Shown piece after piece: positions 39,189 through 47,327 of a DNA stretch of 64,000 nt (positions within the stretch are counted from its first letter, which is position 1; every line of letters begins with the position of its first letter). Both the position numbers and the translations under genes were made by a program. This stretch comes from Candidatus Rariloculaceae bacterium (lineage in GTDB: Bacteria; Pseudomonadota; Gammaproteobacteria; Steroidobacterales; Rariloculaceae): NCBI GenBank assembly GCA_965262365.1, contig OZ253541.1:5015989-5079988 (forward strand), given 5' to 3'. The notes beneath the pieces were generated by a model, which did not search any database, had not been told where the DNA came from, and saw only the letters and a list, made by a program, of their open reading frames with translations.

Positions 39189-39803
39189 GTGTCGCACAAT
39201 CTTTTCTCCGCTCCCAACTTTTCCAATGCCCGGGTCTGGGCACTTCTTGAACGCATCGACAAAGACGAGGCCGCGACGTGCCGCGAGGAGGGGTGTCCGC
39301 GCTGCGGGCAAATACTGCACAGCGCGACCTACCCCCGCAAGCCTCACGGCCTGACGGCAGAGCTGAGAGTCGGGGCGCGCCGCTTCAGCTTCTGCTGCGC
39401 GATGTGCCGGGGTCGAGTGACGCCGCCCTCGGTGCGGTTCTTCGGCCGGCGTTGGCGGGCCGCACCGCTGTTCGCGCTGCTCGGCGCGCTGGTCTCGGCG
39501 CCGCGGGCGCGGCTCGGGGCGATCGCGCGCCGGTGGGCGATCCCGTTATCGACGCTGAAGCGCTGGCGGCGGTGGTGGCTCAAGACGATTGTGACCACAC
39601 CGCCGTGGCGCACCCGGGGCGGGGCGCTGGCGGTGCCCTCGGACGAGGCGCCGTTGCGCTGGCTGCTCAAACTCATTCGGGGCCGGGGGTTCCGTGGCCG
39701 GCTGTTGTACAGCCTGATCTGGCTCAAGCCCTGGACCGAGCCGTGCGCGCTCGGTGACGGGCCGATCCTGTCCGCAGAAGGTGTTTCTGACATGCTCGTG
39801 TAG
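39189..39803 (+). CDS. Zn-ribbon/HTH accessory protein
   Basis: CPRC...YPRKP...FSFCCAMCR.RVTPPSVRF; STLKRWRRWW. Confidence 0.7.
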   Translation: MSHNLFSAPNFSNARVWALLERIDKDEAATCREEGCPRCGQILHSATYPRKPHGLTAELRVGARRFSFCCAMCRGRVTPPSVRFFGRRWRAAPLFALLGALVSAPRARLGAIARRWAIPLSTLKRWRRWWLKTIVTTPPWRTRGGALAVPSDEAPLRWLLKLIRGRGFRGRLLYSLIWLKPWTEPCALGDGPILSAEGVSDMLV

Positions 39804-39850
39804 GGCGTGCACCATGCTCTCCATCGGGTCATCGGACGAGGAGAGAACGC

Positions 39851-41326
39851 ATGGGCAGAGGCGACGGAAGCAACACTCAGGAACGGTGGGCGCGGCTGCG
39901 CTTCGCGGTGGTCGGTCCGCTGCTGGCCTCGCCGCCACCCGCGAGGCAGCTGCGGGCGGAGCTTGACCGGCTCTCGCAACGGGAGTGGGAACACCCCACG
40001 CGCGGTGGGCCGGTTCGGTTCTCGGTCTCCACCATCGAGCGCTGGTACTACCAGGCGCGCTCGGCGGGGAACGACCCGGTCGGGGCGCTGAAGCGCCGCC
40101 CGCGCGCCGATGCCGGACGCGAACGGGCGATCTCGGCGGTGCTGATGGAGGCGCTGCGCGAGCAATACCGGACGCACCCGTCGTGGTCGGCGCAGCTGCA
40201 TTACGAGAACCTGGCCGCGCGGGTCGAGGCCGATCCGGCGCTCGGGCCGATGCCGTCCTACGCCACGCTGACCCGGGCGATGCGCAATCGCGGGCTGGTG
40301 CGCAAGCGCCGCCGCCGGCGCCCCGGGGGAGAGGACAAGACACCGGTATCCACGCGTGAGGTGCTCAGCTACGAAGTCTCGCGCAGCCACGCCCTTTGGC
40401 ACTGCGACTTTCACCACGGAAAGCGCCGCGTGCTGATCCCCTCGGGGGAGTGGAAGACGCCGATCCTGCTCGGCTTCATCGACGATCATTCGCGTCTGGG
40501 CTGCCACCTGCAGTGGTACCTGGCCGAGACCGCGGAGGTGTTCGTGCACGGGCTGTGCCAGGCGTTCATGAAGCGGGGCCTGCCGAGAGCGCTGATGAGC
40601 GACAACGGGTCCCCGATGCTCGCCGGCGAAGTCCAGGAGGGGCTGCACCGTCTCGGGATTATCCATTCCCGCACGCTCGCGCGCGCGCCGCACATGAACG
40701 GCAAGTGCGAGGTGTGGTGGGCGCTCGTGGAGGGCCGGCTGATGGCCATGCTGGAGGCGGTGGAGCCGCTCACGCTCAAAAGACTCAACGACGCCACCAT
40801 CTCATGGCTTGAGCAGGATTATCACCGCCGTGTTCACCGCGAGCTGGGCATCACCCCGCATCAACGCCTGATCGAGAGCCCCGACGCCTCCAGGCCCTGT
40901 CCGGGCACGGGCGAGTTGCGCGACGCGTTCCGGATCGTGCGCACGCGCACCGTGCGCCGCTCCGACGCCACCGTCTCGGTGGGCGGCGTGCGCTACCAGC
41001 TCCCGGCGCCGTGGCGGCACCTGCGCGAGGTGCGGGTCCGCTACGCGCGCTGGGATCTCGCCGGTATCGATCTGGTCGACGAGCGAAGCGGCGACCGCAT
41101 GTGCACGCTGTACCCGCTGGACAAGCGCGCCAACGCGTCGGGGGTGCGCCGTCCCGTGCGATCCGCCGACGATGACGACGATAAAGACGGCGGCGACGAC
41201 GCGAACGAACCCGCGCCGCTGCTGGGGCGCATCCTCGAGGAGCAGGCCGCCACGGGTCTGGCGCCGGCCTGGCTGCCTCACCCCGACAGCCCCGCCGAAG
41301 ACGACGATCTGGGAGAGACCCAATGA
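39851..41326 (+). CDS. DDE (rve/Mu-type) transposase
   Basis: WHCDFHH, FIDDHSR, MSDNGS, NGKCE. Confidence 0.92.
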   Translation: MGRGDGSNTQERWARLRFAVVGPLLASPPPARQLRAELDRLSQREWEHPTRGGPVRFSVSTIERWYYQARSAGNDPVGALKRRPRADAGRERAISAVLMEALREQYRTHPSWSAQLHYENLAARVEADPALGPMPSYATLTRAMRNRGLVRKRRRRRPGGEDKTPVSTREVLSYEVSRSHALWHCDFHHGKRRVLIPSGEWKTPILLGFIDDHSRLGCHLQWYLAETAEVFVHGLCQAFMKRGLPRALMSDNGSPMLAGEVQEGLHRLGIIHSRTLARAPHMNGKCEVWWALVEGRLMAMLEAVEPLTLKRLNDATISWLEQDYHRRVHRELGITPHQRLIESPDASRPCPGTGELRDAFRIVRTRTVRRSDATVSVGGVRYQLPAPWRHLREVRVRYARWDLAGIDLVDERSGDRMCTLYPLDKRANASGVRRPVRSADDDDDKDGGDDANEPAPLLGRILEEQAATGLAPAWLPHPDSPAEDDDLGETQ

Positions 41327-42144
41327 ACCGCGAACTGCTGAACCTCTACGGGCTGAAGTTCAACCCCTTCGCCACCGACGTGCCGGTCGAAAGCCTGCTG
41401 ACCACGCCCGCCGTGGACAGCTTCTGCCGAAGGGTCGAACAGCACCTGGTGCGCCAGGGCGGGTTCGCGCTCATCGCCGGCGACCCCGGCACCGGCAAGA
41501 GCGTGGCGCTGCGCCTGCTCGCCGAGCGCCTCGGGCGCACCGACGGGCTCAACGTCGCGGTGCTGACCCATCCCTCCTCCAGCCTCGGGGACTTCTACCG
41601 CGAGATGGCGGACCTGTTCGGCATCACCCTGATCCACAATAACCTCTGGCTTGGGTTCAAGGGGCTGCGCCACCGCTGGCTGCTGCACTTCGAGGACACG
41701 CGCACCCGTCCGATCCTGCTGGTGGACGAGGCCCAGGAGGTACTCGGCGGCGTACTGACCGAGATGCGCCTGCTCACCTCCACGGACTTCGACTCGCGCG
41801 CCATTCTCAGCGTGGTGCTGGCCGGGGACAAGCGCCTGCTGGCCAAACTGCGCAGCGTGGAGTTGCTGCCCATCGCCTCGCGGATCCGCCAGCGCCTGAT
41901 GCTCACGCGCGCGGAACCGGCGGACCTGGAGAAGCTACTGGATCATCTGCTGCGCGAGGCCGGCAACCCCACGCTGATGACCGCGGGGCTGAAGGACACG
42001 CTCATCGCGCACGCCGGGGGCAACCCCCGGACGCTTGTGATCCTGGCCGACGGGCTGCTGGCGGCGGCCGCGGACCAGAACCGCGAGGTGCTGGACGAGA
42101 AGCTCTTCATCGAGACCGGCGGCACCGGCAAGGCGCGCCGGTGA
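41323..42144 (+). CDS. ExeA/TniB-type AAA+ ATPase
   Basis: GDPGTGKS, LLVDEAQ, GNPR. Confidence 0.9.
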   Translation: MNRELLNLYGLKFNPFATDVPVESLLTTPAVDSFCRRVEQHLVRQGGFALIAGDPGTGKSVALRLLAERLGRTDGLNVAVLTHPSSSLGDFYREMADLFGITLIHNNLWLGFKGLRHRWLLHFEDTRTRPILLVDEAQEVLGGVLTEMRLLTSTDFDSRAILSVVLAGDKRLLAKLRSVELLPIASRIRQRLMLTRAEPADLEKLLDHLLREAGNPTLMTAGLKDTLIAHAGGNPRTLVILADGLLAAAADQNREVLDEKLFIETGGTGKARR

Positions 42145-43250
42145 AGGGCTTCCCGACGCTGAGCCCGGCGGGCCTTGAGGTGCGCCCGCCCGCGCAACAG
42201 TGGCTGGTCGAGGCGCTGTGGAGCGAGCAGGGCGTGGGCATCGTCGGCGGCGAGCCCAAGTGCGGCAAGTCCTTTCTGGCGCTGGATCTGGCCGTGGCGG
42301 TGGCCGCGGGCGTGCCCTGCCTGCGCCGCTACCGCCCCGGCGGGCGCGGCGCGGTGCTGCTGTTCGCCGCCGAGGACGCCGGCCACATCGTGCGCGCACG
42401 GCTGGAAGGCATCGCCGGCGCCGCCGGAACCGCCTTCGAAGAACTCGACATCGCCGTCATCGACGCACCCACGCTGCGGCTGGATCATCGCGCCGACCGC
42501 CAACGGCTGCTTCACACCGTCGAACGGGTCAAGCCCCGCCTGCTGGTGCTCGACCCCCTGGTGCGTCTGCACGGCGTGGACGAGAACGCCGCCGGGGAGA
42601 TCGGCCCGATCCTGGGGTTCCTGCGCGAGATCCAGCGCCGCTTCGACACCGCGGTGGTGCTCGTGCACCACGCCCGCAAGGGCGGTGCGGCCCGCCCGGG
42701 CCAGGCGCTGCGCGGCAGCTCCGAGCTGCACGCCTGGGGCGACTCCAACCTCTACCTGCGCCGCCGCCGCGAGCGGATCCTGCTCACCGCCGAGCACCGC
42801 GCCGCGCCCGGGCTCGCCGATATCGCGATCGAACTCACCGACCACGGCCAGGGGCTCGCCCTGCGTCTCGGCCAGGCCGCGGACGAGGAGTCCGTCCCGG
42901 CGCGGCAAACGCCCGAACAGCGCGTACTTGAGATCCTCGCCGAAGCCGGGACGCCGCTCTCCCAGCGTCAGATCCGCGAGCGCGCCGCCACGCGCGCAAC
43001 CACCGTCGTGGCCGCGCTGCGCACGCTGTCCCGCGAGGGCCGGGTCGAACACGCCGCCCAAGGCGGATACCGCCTCGCCGGCGACGCTCACCGCAAAGCG
43101 TTTCCCAAACGCGTTTCCCGCCCAAACCCTAGGCCAGCGTGGGAAACGGAAACGGGAAACACGCCCCGCCCCGCCCGTGGCGGAACCGCCGCTCAAGCGT
43201 CCGGCGCCGGGACACCGCCCGGGTCCACCACCACGGAGCAACTGGCTTGA
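42141..43250 (+). CDS. RepA/AAA_25-type (RecA-fold) helicase-like ATPase with C-terminal wHTH
   Basis: WLVEALW, GGEPKCGKS, AAED, LLVLDP, DEN, VHHARK, LRGSS. Confidence 0.85.
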   Translation: MKGFPTLSPAGLEVRPPAQQWLVEALWSEQGVGIVGGEPKCGKSFLALDLAVAVAAGVPCLRRYRPGGRGAVLLFAAEDAGHIVRARLEGIAGAAGTAFEELDIAVIDAPTLRLDHRADRQRLLHTVERVKPRLLVLDPLVRLHGVDENAAGEIGPILGFLREIQRRFDTAVVLVHHARKGGAARPGQALRGSSELHAWGDSNLYLRRRRERILLTAEHRAAPGLADIAIELTDHGQGLALRLGQAADEESVPARQTPEQRVLEILAEAGTPLSQRQIRERAATRATTVVAALRTLSREGRVEHAAQGGYRLAGDAHRKAFPKRVSRPNPRPAWETETGNTPRPARGGTAAQASGAGTPPGSTTTEQLA

Positions 43251-43717
43251 ACCGAACCCGTCGAGCCGATCCCGCAGCCTCGCGCCGGGGTAACCCCAAT
43301 CGCGTCGAGCGACGCCATCCGCACTCCATCCGCTTTACCAAGGCCGAGTGGACAAGGATCCAGCAGGCCGCCGCCCGGCATGGCCTGACGTCCGGCGAAA
43401 TCGTCCGGGCGCGTGCGCTGGGGCTGCCCGACAAGCCGTTCCACGCCGATATGCCCGCTTCATTCTCCCCGGGGCACGTCGCGCTGATCGAGGCCACCTA
43501 TCGCGCCGTGCATCTGCTGGCCACGATGGCCACCCAACCCATGCCATACGAGGAAGTCGACGCCCTGCTCGGCGCCGCTCACACTGCCCTGATCGCGACC
43601 CTGGACGAAGAGCCCGCCGGGGCGGTTGCCGGGGAATCGCTGTCGACCGGGCGACGGCCACGCCGTGCGAAGCACAATGCATCGTCGAACTCGTCGTCGG
43701 GCCTGATCCCCATTTAG
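43247..43717 (+). CDS. MobC-like ribbon-helix-helix protein
   Basis: SIRFTKAEWTRIQQAAARHGLTSGEIVRARAL; TTGA overlap; GGAG RBS. Confidence 0.6.
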   Translation: MNRTRRADPAASRRGNPNRVERRHPHSIRFTKAEWTRIQQAAARHGLTSGEIVRARALGLPDKPFHADMPASFSPGHVALIEATYRAVHLLATMATQPMPYEEVDALLGAAHTALIATLDEEPAGAVAGESLSTGRRPRRAKHNASSNSSSGLIPI

Positions 43718-44684
43718 GCGCTGACGGCAACGACCGCGCCGCCTCTACGTTCCATCCCTTCAAGCCTGCGGCCCGCTGGCCGTAAGCTTGCTTACGGGCA
43801 TGCCCGCACCGCGTCGGGTGAGCGGCGGCGGGTCACCCGAAGGGCCGCAGCGCAGCGCAGGAGCCGCGCAGCGGCTTGACCCGGCGACGTTCATCCGACA
43901 TCCGCCCGGTCCCCCGGGGACGCGATCCGAAATCCGTCAAACAACGTGAGCATCGCGCCATCAGGTAGCGTTAGCGCGCTCACTCCGGGTTCGATCTTCT
44001 GTGTCTGGCACGTTGCAGCCACGCGCGGCGATGTTGCGAGACGTACGAAGCGGTCTCGTCGAGCAAGCTGACGGAGGCCATCACATGACCTCGCTTGCGG
44101 CCCTTGCGCAGGACCTCGATGACGCCGTGCGACGCTGTTGCCGGCAACCGCCCGGCAACGTCGCCAACGTCCAGTCGCAGCAACTCGCTGACGCGCAAGC
44201 CCGTGTAGAGTTGCCAGCGAGCCATCAGGTCATAGGGCGGCCGAAGCGCCGCCATCAGCTCACAGGCTTGCGCCGACGTGAGCGGTCGCGGCAGTGGTTC
44301 GAACTGCCGCAACACGAACAGACTGTCGTCGGTGGCTGCTGAGATCCTGGTGCGCGCCGACCGCGGCCGCTTACGCTGTGCAAAATCGCGAGGCTGCGTG
44401 GCCAAAGGCGACGCAGCCAGGTACCGGTTGCACACCAGCCACTCGTAGAATCGGAGTACGCCGCGGACGCGATGGTTGACGGTCGAGATACGGTACGGTC
44501 GGCCGGTGTGCCCGCTCGGTTCCGACAGCATCCGGTTGCGGTACGCCACCAGATCGACGGCATCCGCTTCCCGCCAGGCGATCGCGTTCTGTTCAAGCGT
44601 CTCGAACCAGTCGTAGAGAATCTCCGCGTAGGTCCTGAGAGTGTCAGCGGTATGGGCCCGCTGAATGAAGTGCTCATGTAGATA

Positions 44685-46397
44685 GTTCTTGTCCGTAAAC
44701 GGCGGGGTTCGAAGCGGGGGTTGAGTTGGAAGCGACCTTGCACTTTGTCACAAATCCGGTTGGTTGGCAAAAAAGCGGATTCGCCACGGGCTCGCGCCCG
44801 TCGAGCGTCACCGGGGCCGTGCGTTTGGCCGCGCAAAGCGTCGATTTTCAGGCATCGGGCACGGGCGCTCGCCGGTCTTTGAACCGGTACACGGCGATGG
44901 CTGGCGGAAGGCGTCAGGCCGGCCGCGGGGGCGGTCGCACGAGGCGCATCAGGTTGTGGGCGAACACGGCCGAGTGCACGTAGGCCTGGAATCGCGGCCA
45001 GCCGCGCCAGCGGCACAGGCCGAGACCGAAGCAGCGTTTCAGGTAGGAGATACCCGCTTCGATACCGGCGCGGAAGCGCTTGAGTTGCCGGTACACCCAC
45101 GGCGAGGGGGACATGTCGGTCTCTTTCATGCCGCGTTTCTTGTGGAACATCGCATGCGTCACGCCAAGCGCCTTGGCCTGCTTGAGGTTCTCGCGCGACG
45201 CGTAGCCGCCGTCGAAGGCCGCGTGCGTCGGCGCCGTGCCGTAGTGTTCGATATGCCGCTCAAGCATCGGCAGGCAGCGCGCGCTGTCGGCCGGATTGCC
45301 CTTCTCCACCACCGTGTCGAGCACCAGTCCGCTGCGCCCGGTGGCGAAGTTGACCTTGTGACCGAAGTGCGTGCCGCGACCGCCCTTGAGGATAATGTCG
45401 GTGTGCGGCTCGAACAGGCTCAGTACCTTTTCCGCCGCCGGTACCGTCTCGCCGTCGAACACGCGGCGTTGCGTCTGATCCACGACACGGAGCAGCAACT
45501 CTCTGGTTTCGCTGACGTTTTGTGTCCATGACACGGCCCACGGCGGCGCCGCGGACGCCACCGCCGGCAACGCCCCCTCGGCGTAGCCCAGCGTGCGCTG
45601 CGCCAACCGCAACAGCTTGCGGTAGGTCTTCGAGCGCCGCGCGCCGCGTCGCGACCCGATCTCCAACGTGCGCCGCTTGGCCGCCCGACGGTGATCGTGA
45701 AACACCACGACTTGCGGCCCCAAGCGCTTGCGCGCCGTGCCGAGCAACCGGCTCAGCACGCGTATCCCGTCGTACAGCAGGCGGCTGTCGGCGGGTTCCA
45801 GGATATGCGTATGGGTCACCGTGCTGTCGATACGTAGCCGGTTTCCGGTTTCGATCCCCGCCGCGCTCGCCACGCCAAGCAAGTGCCGATTGATGCGCTC
45901 CCAAGTCGTCGCGCTCACCGCCCCCAGCGCCGCCTGCAGCGCTGACTTCTTCGGCAGCCGCGCCGTGTCCACGCGCGCGAAACGCTGTGCCGAACGCGAG
46001 TCCCGCAACGCAAACTCCAGCCCCCGGCAGGTCTCCTGGCGCAGATGCTTGAGTACCGCGCAACGCAGAATCGTCTCGCAGGTCAGCCCGTGGCGACCGC
46101 GCGCCGCCCCCGTATCGGCGCCCAGATCGGCGGCGATCTCGTCGAGCAACTCCGGGTGCTCGTCCAACCAGACCGACGCCCGTTCCAAGCCGTCCGCGAG
46201 CGGATGGTCAATGGCGGGCGGATCGAATAAACTTGTTTGTGCGGTGCGTTTCTCGCGCATGGCGCCTCCGGCGTTCTCGGTTTTTCGCGTTTTGCCTCGA
46301 ATCCAAGACAAGAATAGCCGAAACGCCGGTTTTCAACTACCTCAAAACGCCTGTTTGTCCAGCTAAATCAATCCATTAGGAATTTACGGACAAGAAC
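44685..46397 (-). mobile_element. Complete ISNCY (ISDol1/ISRm17-like) insertion sequence, 1,713 bp
   Basis: 15-bp IR GTTCTTGTCCGTAAA; 6-bp TSD TAGATA (44679-84 and 46398-403). Confidence 0.9.
44914..46260 (-). CDS. ISNCY-family DDE transposase
   Basis: RIDSTV, SLFEPHTDII.KG, FGHK, DGGY, RFRAGIEAGISYLKR; GGAGG RBS. Confidence 0.9.
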   Translation of the reverse strand: MREKRTAQTSLFDPPAIDHPLADGLERASVWLDEHPELLDEIAADLGADTGAARGRHGLTCETILRCAVLKHLRQETCRGLEFALRDSRSAQRFARVDTARLPKKSALQAALGAVSATTWERINRHLLGVASAAGIETGNRLRIDSTVTHTHILEPADSRLLYDGIRVLSRLLGTARKRLGPQVVVFHDHRRAAKRRTLEIGSRRGARRSKTYRKLLRLAQRTLGYAEGALPAVASAAPPWAVSWTQNVSETRELLLRVVDQTQRRVFDGETVPAAEKVLSLFEPHTDIILKGGRGTHFGHKVNFATGRSGLVLDTVVEKGNPADSARCLPMLERHIEHYGTAPTHAAFDGGYASRENLKQAKALGVTHAMFHKKRGMKETDMSPSPWVYRQLKRFRAGIEAGISYLKRCFGLGLCRWRGWPRFQAYVHSAVFAHNLMRLVRPPPRPA

Positions 46398-46551
46398 TAG
46401 ATAGGCAACCGCCGGCTCAATGAGCTGACAATCGGCCGTGAACAGAAGCGGGAATCCGGCAGGTCTGGGCTCACGAAGCACCATCGAACGTGCCTGCAAG
46501 GCAGCCGGAGCGACAAGGTTAGCTACCTCGTCCGGCTCAGGCAGTTCCGAT

Positions 46552-46884
46552 TTACGAATGATCTGAACGATGTTGGCTTCGTTCGCCGGTCAACTGCTTG
46601 ACGGCGTCCACAAAAGACAGCCCGTGAATGTGCATCGCCAGGTCGATCGCGCCGCCACCACCGCGGCGCTGTCGCGTGTCGTACCACTGGCACCCTGTCG
46701 TCAAAATCTCAAACTCCCCACATGTGGTAAGTACGTGCCAGCGTCGGCTGCGATCCGACTTGACCGGCACATAGCTTGGGTCGGCCTTGACGTGTATCGC
46801 CAGCAATGCCAAGGCATCGGAGGCCGGCATCTCGCGCAGCTGCGTCAACGTCGCTTCGTCGAAAAATCGGCGCCTCGCCATCAA
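46552..46884 (-). CDS. 110-aa primase-N-terminal-like protein of element A
   Basis: Paralog of 34017-34349. Confidence 0.7.
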   Translation of the reverse strand: MMARRRFFDEATLTQLREMPASDALALLAIHVKADPSYVPVKSDRSRRWHVLTTCGEFEILTTGCQWYDTRQRRGGGGAIDLAMHIHGLSFVDAVKQLTGERSQHRSDHS

Positions 46885-47012
46885 CGCATGCCTCCAAAAT
46901 GATCGCGTGCCGGGCTACTCGCCTCTAAACGAGGCCTGGGCTGCTCGGCCCGCCAGTGTAGGCAATCAGAAGGAGGGACCCAATGAGGTTTACAACCGTG
47001 AATGCAACCTAA

Positions 47013-47165
47013 CATCCCAGCGGGATTGCGGAACCCAGTGAAGCCGACCGCGGTATCACCCTCAAGCTGGGTAGGGCACTGGCATTGATCGACGTGCGCC
47101 TGCTCGATCACCTGGTCGTCACCGACGGGGATGTGGTGTCCTTCGCCGCCAGGGGTCTCATCTAG
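47013..47165 (+). pseudogene. radC: radC-1, 3' part
   Basis: [50 protein letters not shown]. Confidence 0.92.
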
Positions 47166-47327
47166 ACGCTCCTTTTCTGCCCCTTTCGCCGCCACCCGGG
47201 TCAGCAACCGCAAGAGTTCGGGACCGGCGGCGGTTTCGGGCGAGCCGCCGGGCCGGGAGCGCGGGCGGCTCACTCCCTGTTTCCGTTCCATACGTGCCCC
47301 GCACCGGGGCCAGTTCAGGAGTTCTCC

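Larger units (their letters stand above)
39042..43982 (+). mobile_element. 4,941-bp Mu/IS21-like transposon with five genes
   Basis: TGAGCG...CGCTCA ends; 5-bp TSD CTCCG (39037-41 and 43983-87); empty site visible in element B intA. Confidence 0.9.
38722..46484 (-). pseudogene. intA of element A, in three pieces (46484-46398, 44684-43983, 39041-38722)
   Basis: The pieces join colinearly with element B intA once two insertions and their TSDs are removed. Confidence 0.9.
27117..47012 (-). mobile_element. Outer radC-targeting tyrosine-recombinase element A (SE/Tn554-like); ~6,615 bp after removing three nested inserts
   Basis: Ends TTAGGT.../...ACCTAA; flanked by CACCCC and CATCCC; its removal restores radC-1 in frame; colinear with element B. 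Confidence 0.9.

Noticed and set aside
27117-47012. Group II intron or intein in radC
   Set aside because: There is no reverse transcriptase, no GUGYG/AY ends and no in-frame splicing motifs. The insert encodes tyrosine recombinases on the opposite strand.
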